Assembly (NCBI GenBank): GCA_963924565.1
Contig: OZ004615.1
Coordinates: 15,562,001-15,626,000, forward strand
DNA: 64,000 bases
Direction of reading: 5' to 3'
Source: Ascidiella aspersa
Lineage: Eukaryota
Positions 48,734 through 62,800 of this stretch are shown piece by piece. The notes below the pieces were generated by a model, which was not told the origin of the DNA, did not search any database, and saw nothing but the letters and a program-made list of their open reading frames with translations. Position 1 is the stretch's first letter, and each line of letters begins with the position of its first letter. The position numbers and the translations under genes were made by a program.

Positions 48734-48874
48734 TATTTTTATATTGCTCAAAACTGTTGTTGAACGCACGCAAAACACATGTCGAAACGAAAACGAATGA
48801 ATTATCAATTACAGGCTGTTTATGTTAAACGTTTCGTTTTACGGAATTATTAGTGGACGGCATGTAGTCTACAA

Positions 48875-49127
48875 CAGTGCTTTTTAAACTTTTTTAGTTT
48901 TGTTCACCCTTAGCATCTATCTCCAGATTTAATTCCCCCTTGTCTCGTGATATGATAAAACTATCTCGTCTATATACCAGCACGAAATGACCACTCGGAT
49001 ATCCCCCTACTCGCAAGCTATCATCCATTTCTGACGGTTCACCCATATACACACCTTTTGGTTGGCTCACCCCCTCAAAAATTTTATTCACCCTGGGGTG
49101 AACCATTCACCTGATTAAGAAACACTG
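48875..49127. mobile_element. hAT-type MITE
   Basis: TIRs cagtgctttttaa / ttaagaaacactg; perfect TSD gtctacaa; empty in the A/B upstream regions. Confidence 0.82.
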
Positions 49128-49336
49128 GTCTACAATACTAACTTATTTCATATCTGTTCGGATCTGCAGATTAAACACCTGTCCACATTTACAGTTACTA
49201 TGTATTTCTACAAAAATAAGCGCCTTGTTTGGCACTATTAAAAGGGTTATACTTTTACAGGTTGTTTTTTACTTACCCAATAACGCCACTAAAAATACGT
49301 TCGTAAAAACGACATTCGTCGCGTTACCATCTATAC

Positions 49337-50052
49337 CAGGGGTCGGCAACCTTTTTCTAGTCGCGGTTCAAAACCAAACTCAGAAAGGTCTCCGCGGGCC
49401 GCACAAAATGATAACTAAGAATTGTGTTATCTTCATGTTACAACAACTGTGATTCAGCCGGGCCTCGGATCGTTTTTGCCTTTAAAATGTGTTTAATTAC
49501 GTTTACGGAGGCAGTAAAGTGTTGTCGCGAAGCGCGAAAAAAAGCGTTGGTTTGGTTTAAAGTTCGAGTTCACACGTCGTCATCCATACTACTAATAAAA
49601 GTGTAATAAAAATAACATTTAAAGTTAATCTAGGTCGGTGTTTGTTAGTTTTGAAGTGAAGACCCATCTGGCGAGCGAAGCGATCGCGTTTTTTTTTAGG
49701 GTATTCTGGCATTTCTTTTAAATTTCTTGCAAGTTTTTATTACATTGCCGAAATACAAAAATGGTAAAAAAATATATCTCCAACATTTTGAATACGTTTT
49801 CCGTGACGCACTTAGCGGCCTTCCACGGCGCAACGGTAAAAAAGCGTTGATCTAGGTGAAAACACAGCAGCAAAACGTAAACAAACCGGAAGTCGAATGA
49901 TGGTTCGCGAAAATTTTTTGCACTTACGTAGTTAAAATAGTCAAAAAGTATGTGTAATCGACTCGTGTCTAATTTGTCAAAGAGGTGGCGGGCCGGATGA
50001 ATTACTTCGGCGGGCCGGATGCGGCCCGCGGTCTGTAGGTTGCCGACCCCTG
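49337..50052. mobile_element. hAT-type MITE
   Basis: Perfect TIRs caggggtcggcaacc/ggttgccgacccctg; perfect TSD atctatac. Confidence 0.9.
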
Positions 50053-50893
50053 ATCTATACTAAAAAAAGATAACGGCAATAGTGGGATCCAACCGGTTCA
50101 TGCGAATCGCTTCCTTAATGTTAAAAAGTTCGCAGATCTGATTCCTGGCCAACTGCCATGGGGTTGTCCTAATTATGTAAATATAACAATTTTTAAGTAG
50201 GGTGAGCAATAGTTGCTAATATTAATTCCCACCACTGGTTAACGGAATAACCATACTAGGAATCACTGTTGGAAGAACATTTCCCGCTAAATAAGTTCCA
50301 GTTGTCAAGTTATTAGGCCTTTATTTCAATATTTGTTTTGCTTCTACCAATTTTTTTTTAAATGCAAGATTCATGATAAGGTTTCGTTTTAAGTTTTAAA
50401 TGGAAATTTATAGCCCGCTTGTCCTTGTACTACAATGGGGGTTCTTAGAGTTTCACGTTTTGACCTAATAACATTACAAAAATGTTTTATAAATTCGTCT
50501 GGTATTTGCCTTGAGTGTATGAACAGTGGCACGATCTTTTATTTTAATAAAACGTTTGCAAAGTCAAAGTTTTAGTCATTTTGCGCAAGGCCAAATAAGT
50601 AGTTCCGTCATGGAATGACGTATGAATAAATATTGTTTTGCAAAACTAATTACATTTCGCGAACAGTTTACAGCCACTTATTTGCATGCAGGTCATGGTT
50701 TTGATTCTATAAAAAATAAAACGGTATTCCATAAAAGTCGAACAAAAAATAGTTTAAAGTTGACTAAAGAAATTGTTTTTGCTTATTTAAAGATAGAAAA
50801 CAGTTATATCAAGAGCAATCGTTTTTATTCACATCGCCTAATGGACTGTTTTATTCGCTAATAAGTTGCTTATAAAAATTGTTACCTGTGACT

Positions 50894-53800
50894 ATGTTGT
50901 TACTCGCCCTATTTTCTTTGGTGGTCGTGAACTGTGTTAATACTGGTGAGTGCGATTTCCAGTTAAGTGGCTACAATGGGTTAAAACGAGTGTGATTGTA
51001 AATTTTATTACAAAGTATAGGAAACATTAAGGAGGACAAATCGAAAAAGGAATCGTAATGCTCGAATATTTTTCGAAGTACCCATGATGGTTTCCTTAGA
51101 TAAATTGGAGATTATTTGACAAACTTGTACCCAGGTTACAGCAAGCCATCGAAGATATATTGTCGGCCGGATGACGGCTACTTTCGTTGCAAGAAAGGCG
51201 CGTGTTTAGATCGGGATAACGTTCGGAACTACTGGAAGGACTGTGATAACGACGAATCTCACCGTAAGGCAATTGCTTTTTTCGGATTTTAATAAGCTGA
51301 TTTTGAATTTGTCACTAATTATTCGCGCATTTTGTATATAGTGCTATTATCTAACAGTTACTCTTATCTGATGTCAAAAGTTTACTTCGGCACTATCAAA
51401 AATTACATAAGTTCAGCAAAATATTTTGGGGCCTCTATATGCACTAGACCAGGGATGGCGAACCACTGTCCCGCGGGTCACGAAGTGACCCACCACAGAT
51501 TTTTAATGACCCACTTGCCTCTCTAGAAATACCGAAATGTTATCAATCATTTTCATCAAAGGATAAATGCAAAAAAACAGTTCTTCGTTAAATAGCACTA
51601 TACTGTTTAAATTTGGGCTGCCCATCTGTGGGTCGTGCAAAACTGTTTGAGGGTGACGATTATGCCTACATTAACTGCACTTCAACAAATGCGTACAGAA
51701 AAGCAGACAACTGAAAGCATTTAATTTATCGCTGTAAAACGTAACGCGATCCTGGGAAATTAAGAGTTCGCAGACAAAAAATTCTAAAAACCCTGGTTGA
51801 ACCAATAAACAATGCTGAAAAACTTTTTGCTCAACTCCTGTAATCTCATAAAAAATGCTACTGCATTAGAATCCGAATTTGGAAATCATACAAAAATTAC
51901 CAACCCAGACAATGATACTTAAAACGACGCAGCAACAAATTTCGCAGCAAATTAGCAAATAATTAAATAAATGACCCATTTGAGCATTTTGTAAGGATTA
52001 AGGTCGTGTTTGTGACCCGCGCGATAAAAAGGTTCGCCATCCCTGCAGTAGACTAACGATGTCCAACCTGCGTCGATGAATAATTGTGCGGCCGTTAACA
52101 CGTATTTTAATAAGCATGTGTCGGCGGCCGTGGCCGTGTCTGCTTAAATGGTTGATATACTAAATGCAGATTATATTGTTTTACGACTTTAGGGAGTGCA
52201 GTTAAATCAGTGAGCTAAGCTCTTTCGCTGCATTCTTAGTGAACAGATTTCTTATGTGCGCTAAAATAACTTGATTTCATTGATTGATTGATGCACAAAG
52301 AAATCAGTGTATGACAGGGGTAGGCAACCTTCGGCCCGCTGACCGGATCGGCTCGCCAATGCAATTTATCCGGCCCACGGCCTCTTTGGACAAACTATAG
52401 ACACGAGTCCATTACAAATACCTTTTGACTATTTTAACTAGGCAAGGACGTAACAATTTTTGAATGATATTTGTTCGTCCGGTTCGTTTACGTTTTGAGA
52501 CTGTCTTTTGAACTAGATCAGCGATTTTTTACCGTTGAACAGTGGAAGGCTGACAAATGGGTTGCGGACAAACGGAAACCGTATTCAAAAATATCGGGCA
52601 TATATTTTTAATTTGTTTTTAATTTTTGGCAATGTAATAAAAACTTGCACGAAATTTAAAACAAATGCCATTATAGAAAAAAAAATGCTGAATTTGGAAC
52701 TTTGAGGCAGGTTTGAAATTAGACGGGGTTTTTATGTAATAGGCAAGCCAGACATTCGTCTACCATTGCTGGTCATTAGATTGGCTGAGAGCATTAGAGC
52801 AGGGGTGGATCCTGGCCATGCCCCTAAAAATATCATTTTGACAAATTTCAATGCAAACGCTATTTTTTCGCGCTTTGCGCGAACTTCTACTATCTGTCTT
52901 TATTGTATTTTAGTCCCTTTGAACTAAATTCGCGCGATCAATCTGCTTTAAGGTTCCATATTTTACCACGAGTTCGTCAGACAAAACGTCAAGATTAATT
53001 ATGCTATGACGTTACGATTTGACAACTTTTTGAGTCATCCCTGAAAACATTTAACTTGCGGCCGTGAGGAAAATAAGACTGTCAATGCGGCCGTCAAGAG
53101 CTGAAAGGTTGGACATCCCTGCAGTAGACCTAAACCTATCATATTTATTTTTGGTTTAGATCAAGCTCTCCTTTTACGTGTTAGAGAATCTTGCTAATAT
53201 AAATAGACGTGTAACGTTAACCGAAAGTTATGGTATGATCCGTTTCATTGCGCTAATAACGCAAAGTTTGCAAATAATATCTTCAAATGTAGGTCATCGG
53301 TAGTTTTGCCGAATTCAGACTTTTCGAAAATGTATCTTATTGGCGAGCAAGTGTGGGTTATACGTAACAGCTCTGATAAAAGCATAATAATACTTGTTGC
53401 TTCAGCGCCCTTGAACTGTACGGACGACGAATTCCGTTGCCGCTTTTCGTTGAAATGCATTCCAAGATATGTGCTCAACACTAAACGGAGCTGCAGGGTA
53501 AATGAAAGTTTGGTGCTGCCTTGTCGAGAAAAAGGTAAATATATACATACTATACATGTAAAATTAAGAGGCATATGATATCACTTTTATGATACACTAT
53601 AGAGCAGGGGTGGGCAAATGTATTCAATGAAAGAGCCATTTCAAAAAATACAAGTAACAGAGAGCCTCAAAGTTATTTCAATTTACAAAAACGGTAAATA
53701 ATGTAAGTTCAGCATTAATAACAGAATTGTAATACTGCATAACAAAACGGTAGTAATTAACACAATAATAATGACGGTAATAATAAAAAAACACGCACAA

Positions 53801-56800
53801 TATTTATCAATATCAGTCATTTGTTTGATTTGCTAATCTATAAAACCTTAGCAATGATGAAATTGCGTTAACTTGCTGTTAACTAACTCTTCGGATTCTA
53901 CGTCTTGTGTACGTCATAAACGAAATGCCTAAATCAGTGGTTCCCAACCTTTTTGTACCCGTAACCCCTTTTTGGAGACGGGGATGCGAACATTTTTTGC
54001 ACAATGTGCGCCAAAATGTGCAAAAATTGTGCGCAAAAATGTGCACGCCAAAATGTGCAAAAAATGTGCGCACATTTTTAAGTAGCTTCAAAAATGTGCG
54101 CACTTTTCTTAAACAATGTGCGCACATTTAGAACTGCCTTCAAAAATGTGCGCACTTTTTTAACAATGTGCGCACATTTTAAACTGCCTTCAAAAATGTG
54201 CGCACTTTTTTTAACAATGTGCGCACATTTTAAACTGGCTTCAAAAAGGTGCGCACTTTTTTAGGTTAGAGTTAGTTAGGGTTACTCTTAGAGTACAGAG
54301 TTTAGCTAACTCTAATTCTAACTCTAACCCTAACCCTAACCCTAACCCTAACCCTAACTCTAACAACTCTAACTGTAACTCTAACTCTAACTCTAACTAT
54401 ACTTCGAATCCTGACTGTAACTAAAACTCTTACTTTAACTTAAAAATGGCGCACATTGTGAAAAAAAGTGCGCACATTTTTTAAGGCAGTTCAAAATGTG
54501 CGCACATTTTTTGCACATTTTGTCGTGCACATTTTTGCGCACATTGTGCAAAATAACGCCACGTCCCCTGTTGCCTTTTTGATGCTTTCAAATATTCGTG
54601 GAGCCCCTTTTTCTGGTGATCACTGAAGTAAGTCTTAAAACGCGTGATTGCGTTTTGAAAATGCTAGACCAGGGGTCCGCAACCCAAAATGTTACACAAC
54701 TGTGTATCAGGCGGGCGTCAGATTTTTGCAGCTAAAATCGTGTTCAATGACATTTAAGGCGGCAGTAAAGGCACAAAGCGCAAATAAAATGCGCTTGTTT
54801 GGCTCAAAATTCGAATCCATACGTAGTCATCCATATTACTAATGAATAGTATAATGAAACCACCTTAAGGAACCCCGATAACTTTGAATAGTTAATCTAG
54901 TTGTGTGTTTGTTAACGTTTGTAGGTGGGAAGAACTCATGGCGACCGAAGCGAGCGCGATTTTTTTCGGTATACCGGGCATTTCTTTTAAATTTTTTGCA
55001 AGTTTTTATTTAGACTTGAAAAAAAGGTTAAAAAATATATGTCCAATATTTTTTAATACGTTTTCCGTTTGTCCGCGACGCAATTCACGGCGCAATGGTA
55101 AAGAAGCGCTGATATAGTTAAAGACAGCATGATAACGGAAACAAACCGTAACAAGAACGATCATTCGCGCGAAGCGCGAAAATTTTTGCCCTTATGTAGT
55201 TAAAATAGTCAAATAGTATTTGAAATGGACTCGTGTCTAGTTTGTCAAAGAGGCTGCGTGCCGGATAAATTACATTGACGGGCCGTAGGTTGCCGACCCC
55301 TGTGCTAGACGCATGACATTTTTGCGACTGATATCATAAACTAAAATCAAGTACATGTGAGCTAAAATAATGCTGCCTCCCAATTCACAATCTATTTGTG
55401 TTAGATCACAATGGAAGTGTTACGTCACACTCAACGCGATTTACAACATATTACAATGTGATTTTATCACTTACCAAGATTGTGATTAAACATGCTTCCC
55501 AGCGTTTAAAAGGGTATATTTAGAAATTTTTGCAGACCCCCTGAAAACCTCTTGCGGACCCCCAGGGGTTCGTGGACCCCCGGTTAAGAACCACTGGCCT
55601 AAATAAAGAAAGGAAAAAGAGAGAAACGTTCATAAACAGTATCTCGGTAGCCTTTATTAAACAGTATCTCGGTAGCCTTTGCTTTTTGGAATTTTACGAT
55701 TCGACTAGAAGAGCCACAAAAAACATGCCGGCGAGCCGCATGTGGGCCCACCCCAGCTATAGAGGCAAATGTTTATTTCTACAGACCTTAAACTTTGTCC
55801 TGAACGCAGAGTACCCAAATCTACCCATACTAACAGTAAAACCTTTTTAAAAGTTTTTTTATGAAGCTTGCTTGAGCTCACCAATGTAACATATATGTGT
55901 TTCATTTGATATATGTCATACGGTGGGATCAGTGTTACTAAATAAAATGAGGCTATTCATCTTCACAAGTTGGTAAAATCTGTTACATTTTACGACAAAC
56001 CGGTTCTTTTCATGATATAAAAATGGTTTGGCGTAAAAAAAGTAAAAATCGATCAGTTTTGTTTATTTTTCCTATCCATTAAACGTTTAGAGAGAATAGA
56101 TTTACTCAAGTGGTAAAATTGTGGTGATGGTTTAACACAGTGCTCAGACCAAAGACGGTATACACGAGGCCATGCCATAATCATCCAAAAACTATCATGT
56201 TTGCCTGTTTTTACAATGTAAATGCAAAACAAATAGAGTCTTATATGGGTATTATATGTTTACACGATTTGGGAGAACCAGCGGCACTGTGGGCATTCTG
56301 AATTTGCCTAATATTTTTGTCAAACTTTACGAATGCATTTTTTTCGGTCTTTTAAATACTCAGTGTCCAAAAGGCCTATAGTTTAATATAAAAGTTTACC
56401 AACTTAGACCAAACTAACAATAAAGATAAGCACGTTCCTTATAGTTCTTTTGATTCACTGTTATGTGTAAGCTTTGATTGCCCAACAGACGACAAACTAC
56501 AAATTCTAAGCACCTAATTTGTCTATAGTTTGTTCAATTTTGTTTGCGCTATCTCGTGAAACGCACTACATGATTTTTCGCGTCTGGAGCAACTTATACG
56601 ATGTTTATTGCAGAACTATACAGCTGTTGGGTAAATGGCTCGTGCGCAAAAATGTGCACGCCAAAATGTGCAAACAATGTGCGCAAAAATGTGCACGCCA
56701 AAATGTGCAAAAAATGTGCGCACATTTTTAAGTAGCTTCAAAAATGTGCGCACTTTTTTTAACAATGTGCGCACATTTTGAACTGCCTTCAAAAATGTGC

Positions 56801-59800
56801 GCACTTTTTTTAACAATGTGCGCACATTTTGAACTGCCTTCAAAAATGTGCGCACTTTTTTTAACAACGTGCGCACATTTTAAACTGGCTTCAAAAAGAT
56901 GCGCACTTTTTTTAAGAATGTGCGCACATTTTAAACTGGCTTCAAAAATGTGCGCACTTTTTTAGGTTAGAGTTAGTTAGGGTTACTCTTAGAGTACAGA
57001 GTTTAGCCAACTCTAACTCTAACCCTAACCCTAACTCTAACTCTAACAACTCTAACTGTAACTGTAACTCTAACTATACTTCTAATCCTGACTGTAACTA
57101 AAACTCTTACTCTCACTTAAAAATGGCGCACATTGTGAAAAAAAGTGTGCACATTTTTTAAGGCAGTTCAAAATGTGCGCACATTTTTTGCACATTTTGG
57201 CGTGCACATTCATGCACGAGTGATTATTTGAATCATGCACGAGTGATTATTTGTTTAATCATGCACGAGTGATTATTTGTTTCGAGACTTTTATTGAAAT
57301 CAACAAACCATCATCCGCTAAATCGCCAAGGGCGGCGAGAGTTTGTTGTAAATTCAAGTTGTGAATTTTTCAGTTTGAGTATTGTTATTGCTTCAGACTT
57401 ATTTAATTTGTTTAAAATTATTGTTGAATCGGTAAATAATAATATTTTGAACAGTAAACGCTTGTATAGTTAACAGATGTTACATGCGGTATAAGTCGAA
57501 AATTCTCAAACTGTTTTTCTGTGGTGTGTTTATGCCGGATATCAGACGATGTGCAATAAAGACAAAGTATATGTGCAACAATTTATGTAGGTAAAGCATA
57601 AACCTAAAACAAAAACTTTTTTCACCCGAAAGAGTTCGCGTGCGCTTTGAGCAAGATATGCATCCCACGCTGGATGGTAATGAACGGAGTCCGGAATTGC
57701 GACGGGATGCTGATTAAAGACGGCAGCGACGAGAAGCAAAGCTTGCCATTCTGTCTTCAGTCAGAATTTTCCTGCCTCTCGACAAGCAACACCAGTCTAG
57801 TAAACAATAACAACAGCAGCAGTCTCCAGTGTATTCCAAGGGAGTGGGTAGCAGATGGAGTGAAGGACTGCGCCAACGGACGAGACGAAGCGTTGACACT
57901 CTCCACCTGCAATAACGCCACAGAGTTTAGGTGTGAGGCTGATCAGCGCTGCATCGCAAGGTACCGGGTCGTGGACGGATACCGCGACTGTACGGACGGA
58001 TCCGACGAGCTGCGAAGCCTCCAGTGCGATCCGAGTCGCGAGTTTCGATGCGCAAATGGAGGACGCTGCATCCCGCGCTCGTGGAGGAGGAACAAGATGA
58101 TAAACTGCAAGGATGGAAGCGATGAAGTGGCGCCACCTAGCAACGAGACGTGCGTCGAAGGAGAATTCCACTGCCACAACAAAAAACGCTGCATTCCCAG
58201 GTTGGCAAATAGTAAAATTGGCATCTTGAAAGTAATATTCCTGTCTGCCCGAAAACAATTCGAGCAATGCCAGTAGGCTATACGTGTGCTCTTCACTAAC
58301 AATACGTGTGATTTTAAGTTAAAATTAGTAGCAACAAGGTTGTACACAATCCATTTAGTTGTTTTGATTAAAAGGTACCTACTATGCGATGGAATGGATC
58401 ACTGTGGCGATTGCAGTGATGAGATCGAAAGCTGTCCAGAGCCGCGGATGTTTCGCTGTCAAACAGATCCGAAAACGTGCGTGTTTCGTACGTACTCATG
58501 CGATGAGTACCAGGACTGTCCGGGTCGGGCCGACGACTTCCGGAGCTTACCCGGGTTTAAGTGTTACAAGTCAGTCTTCGGCATCACGAATAGTGTGAAC
58601 TATTGCGTGTTGCCTCAGTGGTCGCTACAGGACAATTATGCCATGTGCAACGACAAGTCGGACCAATGTTATAGGTAAAGATGTGATTATTTCCTTATAC
58701 ACAAAAACATTTCCGTTTGGTATATTTGATGTGCTATGGAAAAGCCAATACTTTTTTTAATTATGTTGTTGTTTATATTTATACCAAGCAATACCGGTTG
58801 AGATTCTTAACTTTAGTAAAAGTCAAATAAAACCTATTTATTCTATAAAACGAGAATATAGTAAATACCAAAAATGTGCAACTGTATAGCCGGAAGGGGG
58901 ACTAACCGAAAAAAATAATAAAGATTTTCATACAAGTAAGGGCAATCTAGAAAACAATAGGCTGTGCAAAGTTCGAACACACTATATATAGGCTATATAG
59001 TACCATAAGTCGGGAAAGAATCATAGAATCAGTGTCTGTGGCATTTTGTTAGTACACGAAGGGGATTGCTATATAAAGTTACTGAAACATTTATATACAA
59101 GTATGTATGAGTGTATCAATAATTAAGTTTACAATAAAATTGTTATCTTACCAATGTTTGTAGTGACAATATGTTTTAACCAACGATTTACGGACTTGTT
59201 TTGATACCCTTTAACTTTTTATAAATTCACTGCTAAATTTCAGCAACGGAAGCTTTAACTGCGCGAAATGCTTGCAATCCAACATGACGATCGCCAAGCG
59301 TCAGGTTTGCGACGGCGTGTTCGACTGTCCAGATCTTAGCGACGAGTGTCTCTGCTCACGTGACCAGCTTTCCGCCAATCGCTCGCGCGACCTTTGCGAC
59401 CAAGTTTGCTACGGCGAAACGCCGACTCCAGCCGTTTGCGCGAAATGCGTGGAAGGAGAGATTGAGTGTCCGCAAACGGGAGCCTGCATCTCTAGAAAGC
59501 AGGTTTGCGATGGGATCGTCGACTGTTCTATTTCAAAGTTGGACGAGAACAACTGTGGTGGTGAAGTCACCACATTGGATGCAACTAGGGATTCTGATTT
59601 TCGTTGCGACGTCTTCCCTGACGATTTTATGGACAACGCTAAACGGATTCTAAATAGCAACTTGGTTGATGTGATGTTTCCCGTCAACGCAAAACGGTAA
59701 GCTTCTAAAACCTTTTTCTGTACGATAACAAAAATTACAAATATTCTTTTCAAGTGTTTTTTAAATGAAACGCCCTCCGTGGACCATGAAAATATTTCGC

Positions 59801-62800
59801 CTTTAAATTATTTTACAAAACAAATTATAAAACAGTTACATTTGCATCTGAGACTAATATTGTCACGCAAACATAATAGAGAGTGTTGATGTTTTACTTT
59901 CCTGAGGCAAAGGTCCTTAAAATAGTAAAGCTGAAAATATTTTTTCCTGAATTCAGATGTGACGGAAAAGTGGAGTGTGCTTTGTTTGAGGACGAATGTA
60001 GTGACCGGGCAAACTGTTCTCAAAAGCCGACTGTTTGCGATCAAATCCCCATCATAGACGTAAGTAAGACTAGAATTCACCATTCAACGATTTAGATATT
60101 TGAGTATCTACACTTGCCTTTTTCATATATTTTTTTATTTATCCACGTTAAACCCGGGTCGATAGGTATAACAAAACTATTTTTGACTCAAAAAGCTTTC
60201 CACCGAGGCTTAACTCGTGGTTCAAGAGTGTAACAAAGGAACATTAATGCTCATCAAATTTTCCTGTATATTTATATGTGCATGGTAATGGACGTGAGTT
60301 TTTTTGGGGGGGATGAATCTTTGGCTTTGTAGTATGATGATTTAGCATGTTTCGGGCGAATCTTTTTCGTACAAGTGACGTTTACTCTTTTTTTGTTATT
60401 GTGAACATAACATCGAGAAAATAACTATCCTATAAAAGTTATATTGTTTGACAACCTGAACTAGATATCGATAAAATGTGCGTTTTTGTAAAAAAAAATT
60501 ATGCACATATTTCACCAAAGGCTAGTACGATCGTGCTTTCAGAATCTTTCAAATTTGAAATTTCCGGCAAGTTTTTTGTTGTCTATGTTACACTGAGTAT
60601 GTCATAATGGAAATCACGAAAAGTTAATATATTTCATTCAATTGTTTTAAGATTTGCCCAAATAAGTTTGGGCCATATTGTTGTCCTATTATACATAACA
60701 CCTCTTCAAGATAAGAATTTAACAGGCAAATGGTCTGTATGTTTTTTGCGCAAACTGTTGGTGTTAATTATGCACCTGTTGGGTCAACGGCGCACAAAAC
60801 CTATTTTCTTTGATTTTCTATTACAAAATGTCATAATTTTAGGTATCGTGCGAATTATTATGTTAATCATATTTGCCCGAAGAGTCACGGCTCCTTTCAA
60901 ATTAAATGTTTTCTAAATTTAAAACAAATAAATAAAAACCAAAACGCAGCAATTATCTCATTGGATATATTAAGTCTTTACTTCAGTTGCACATTTGCGC
61001 AATAGTTCTTCTAGCAAAGAGAACTTTCTTTTTAAGGTTACTTGTATTGGCACGTAACGTTACTACTTAACTTTGTGTCATTATTTCTAAATGTTTTCAT
61101 GCAACTAAAACATAACCTTGTGTTACCAAATGACATTGAAGTTACAGTTCCTTCAAATTTTCTGTTTTTGCGTTTTGCCTGATATTGACTTTAAACTGTT
61201 GATAATTTGAAAACCTTTGATCCGAAATAGTGGTAGCCTACAAATTGCGTAAGAAATATCTGGAATGGTGCCCATATATATAGGAAGTCTGCACCAATAG
61301 AAATAAAACGTGTACTAAACGTTAACATTTATTTAATTTCTTACTCAAGACAACAATTCCAGCGGGATACCACCGGGCGATTAATTACGACTTCATACTT
61401 ACAACGAGAAAATGCTCCCGTAAAGTGGATTTTGTTTTCGGCTCAAGTATTTGCAACGGAATGTTGGATTGCACTGAGGGCTGGGATGAGATGGACTGTG
61501 ATAACCTCTTTGAATGCAAGGCTGGAGCTGTGCAGACAATTTTTGGAGGTTTGTAACACAATTTAAAGTATGGACGTGTAAAGCAACGTCTAAATCAAAC
61601 TATAGTGGGGGAACTGTAGTCATTCTTGCAGTTAAGTCGCAAGATTAGTGAATCAAGATAATACAAACAATTTAAAACAGAAAAAATAAAACTATACACA
61701 AATCCATTGTTGATTTTGCAGCAAAGCAAGTCACCGCCATACCGGAGCAGAATAAGTGCAACAAGATACCGGACTGCGATGACTGGAGAGACGAGCTAAA
61801 CTGCTCCAAAAGCACGCACTTTTACTGCACGGATAAGAAGCCATTGTTCGTTCCACGTGATAAGGTTCAAGACGGAGTCGTAGATTGTGAGGATGGTTCA
61901 GACGAATGTCCTCCCGAGTATTTACAAAACGATGCCCTGGCTTCCAACACTCAAATGATAAAGTTGCGCGCACTGGAGATCCTTGTTTGGTTTATGGCTG
62001 TCCTCGCTTTGCTGGGAAACCTGGCGGTTATCGTTCAAACCTGCGTGTATCTGCGCAAACGTACAACTGCACAGAACCGCCAGCGATTAGGTTTGATAAA
62101 CCGTGTCTTAATCCTAAACCTCGCCGTTTCGGATTTTATCATGGGCATTGCCTTGTTGATAATTAGCATTAAGGCGGTTCAGTTTAGCGGTGAGTACTGC
62201 ATTCGCGACAAAGCTTGGAGATCAAGTAATTTATGTGATATCATTGGCGTTTTGACAGTTCTCTCCTCAGAGACCTCCGTCCTTACGTTAGTATGCATTA
62301 CATCTTATCGATTGTTCAGCGTCTTTAACCCGATCACATCGCGAAGTGTTCGGCTGAGAATTGCCGTTATGTGGATTGTTACCATATGGCTTGTTTCCGT
62401 CGCTGTGTCAGTCCTTCCTTTTATACCAGCTCTGTCCAGTTCAATGGTATGGAAAATTCAGATTCGCCCAAGTCCCTATTTTTCTAATGACACGATAGTG
62501 TTGTCGGAATTACAAAATTTTGCCGGGCGTCTTTCTATCATCAGCAACAAGTTGCAACCCCATAATGACTTGTGGAATTCCAATTGGTTTGAATTGACAA
62601 GCTACCTTGGCGAATTTGGCTCGTCAGTACCAACTTCTGTCAGTTCCTATGGTTATTACAGTAGCAGTAGTGTGTGCATTCCAAGGCTATATCGCATCGA
62701 AACCAGTGACAGCGTTAATGCCATGTCGTCAGTTATTATCACGTTCAATTTCGTCGCATTGCTGTATATTGCGTGCGCATACGGGGCAATTTACTGGATC

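Noticed and set aside
54320-54400. (CCCTAA)n as a telomere or chromosome-fusion scar
   Set aside because: Only a few perfect units, embedded in an interspersed element that is present twice.
56616-56965. Repetitive 17-aa-unit ORFs / CRISPR-like array
   Set aside because: Translation of a 51-bp tandem repeat with no unique spacers and no cas genes, in a eukaryotic intron.
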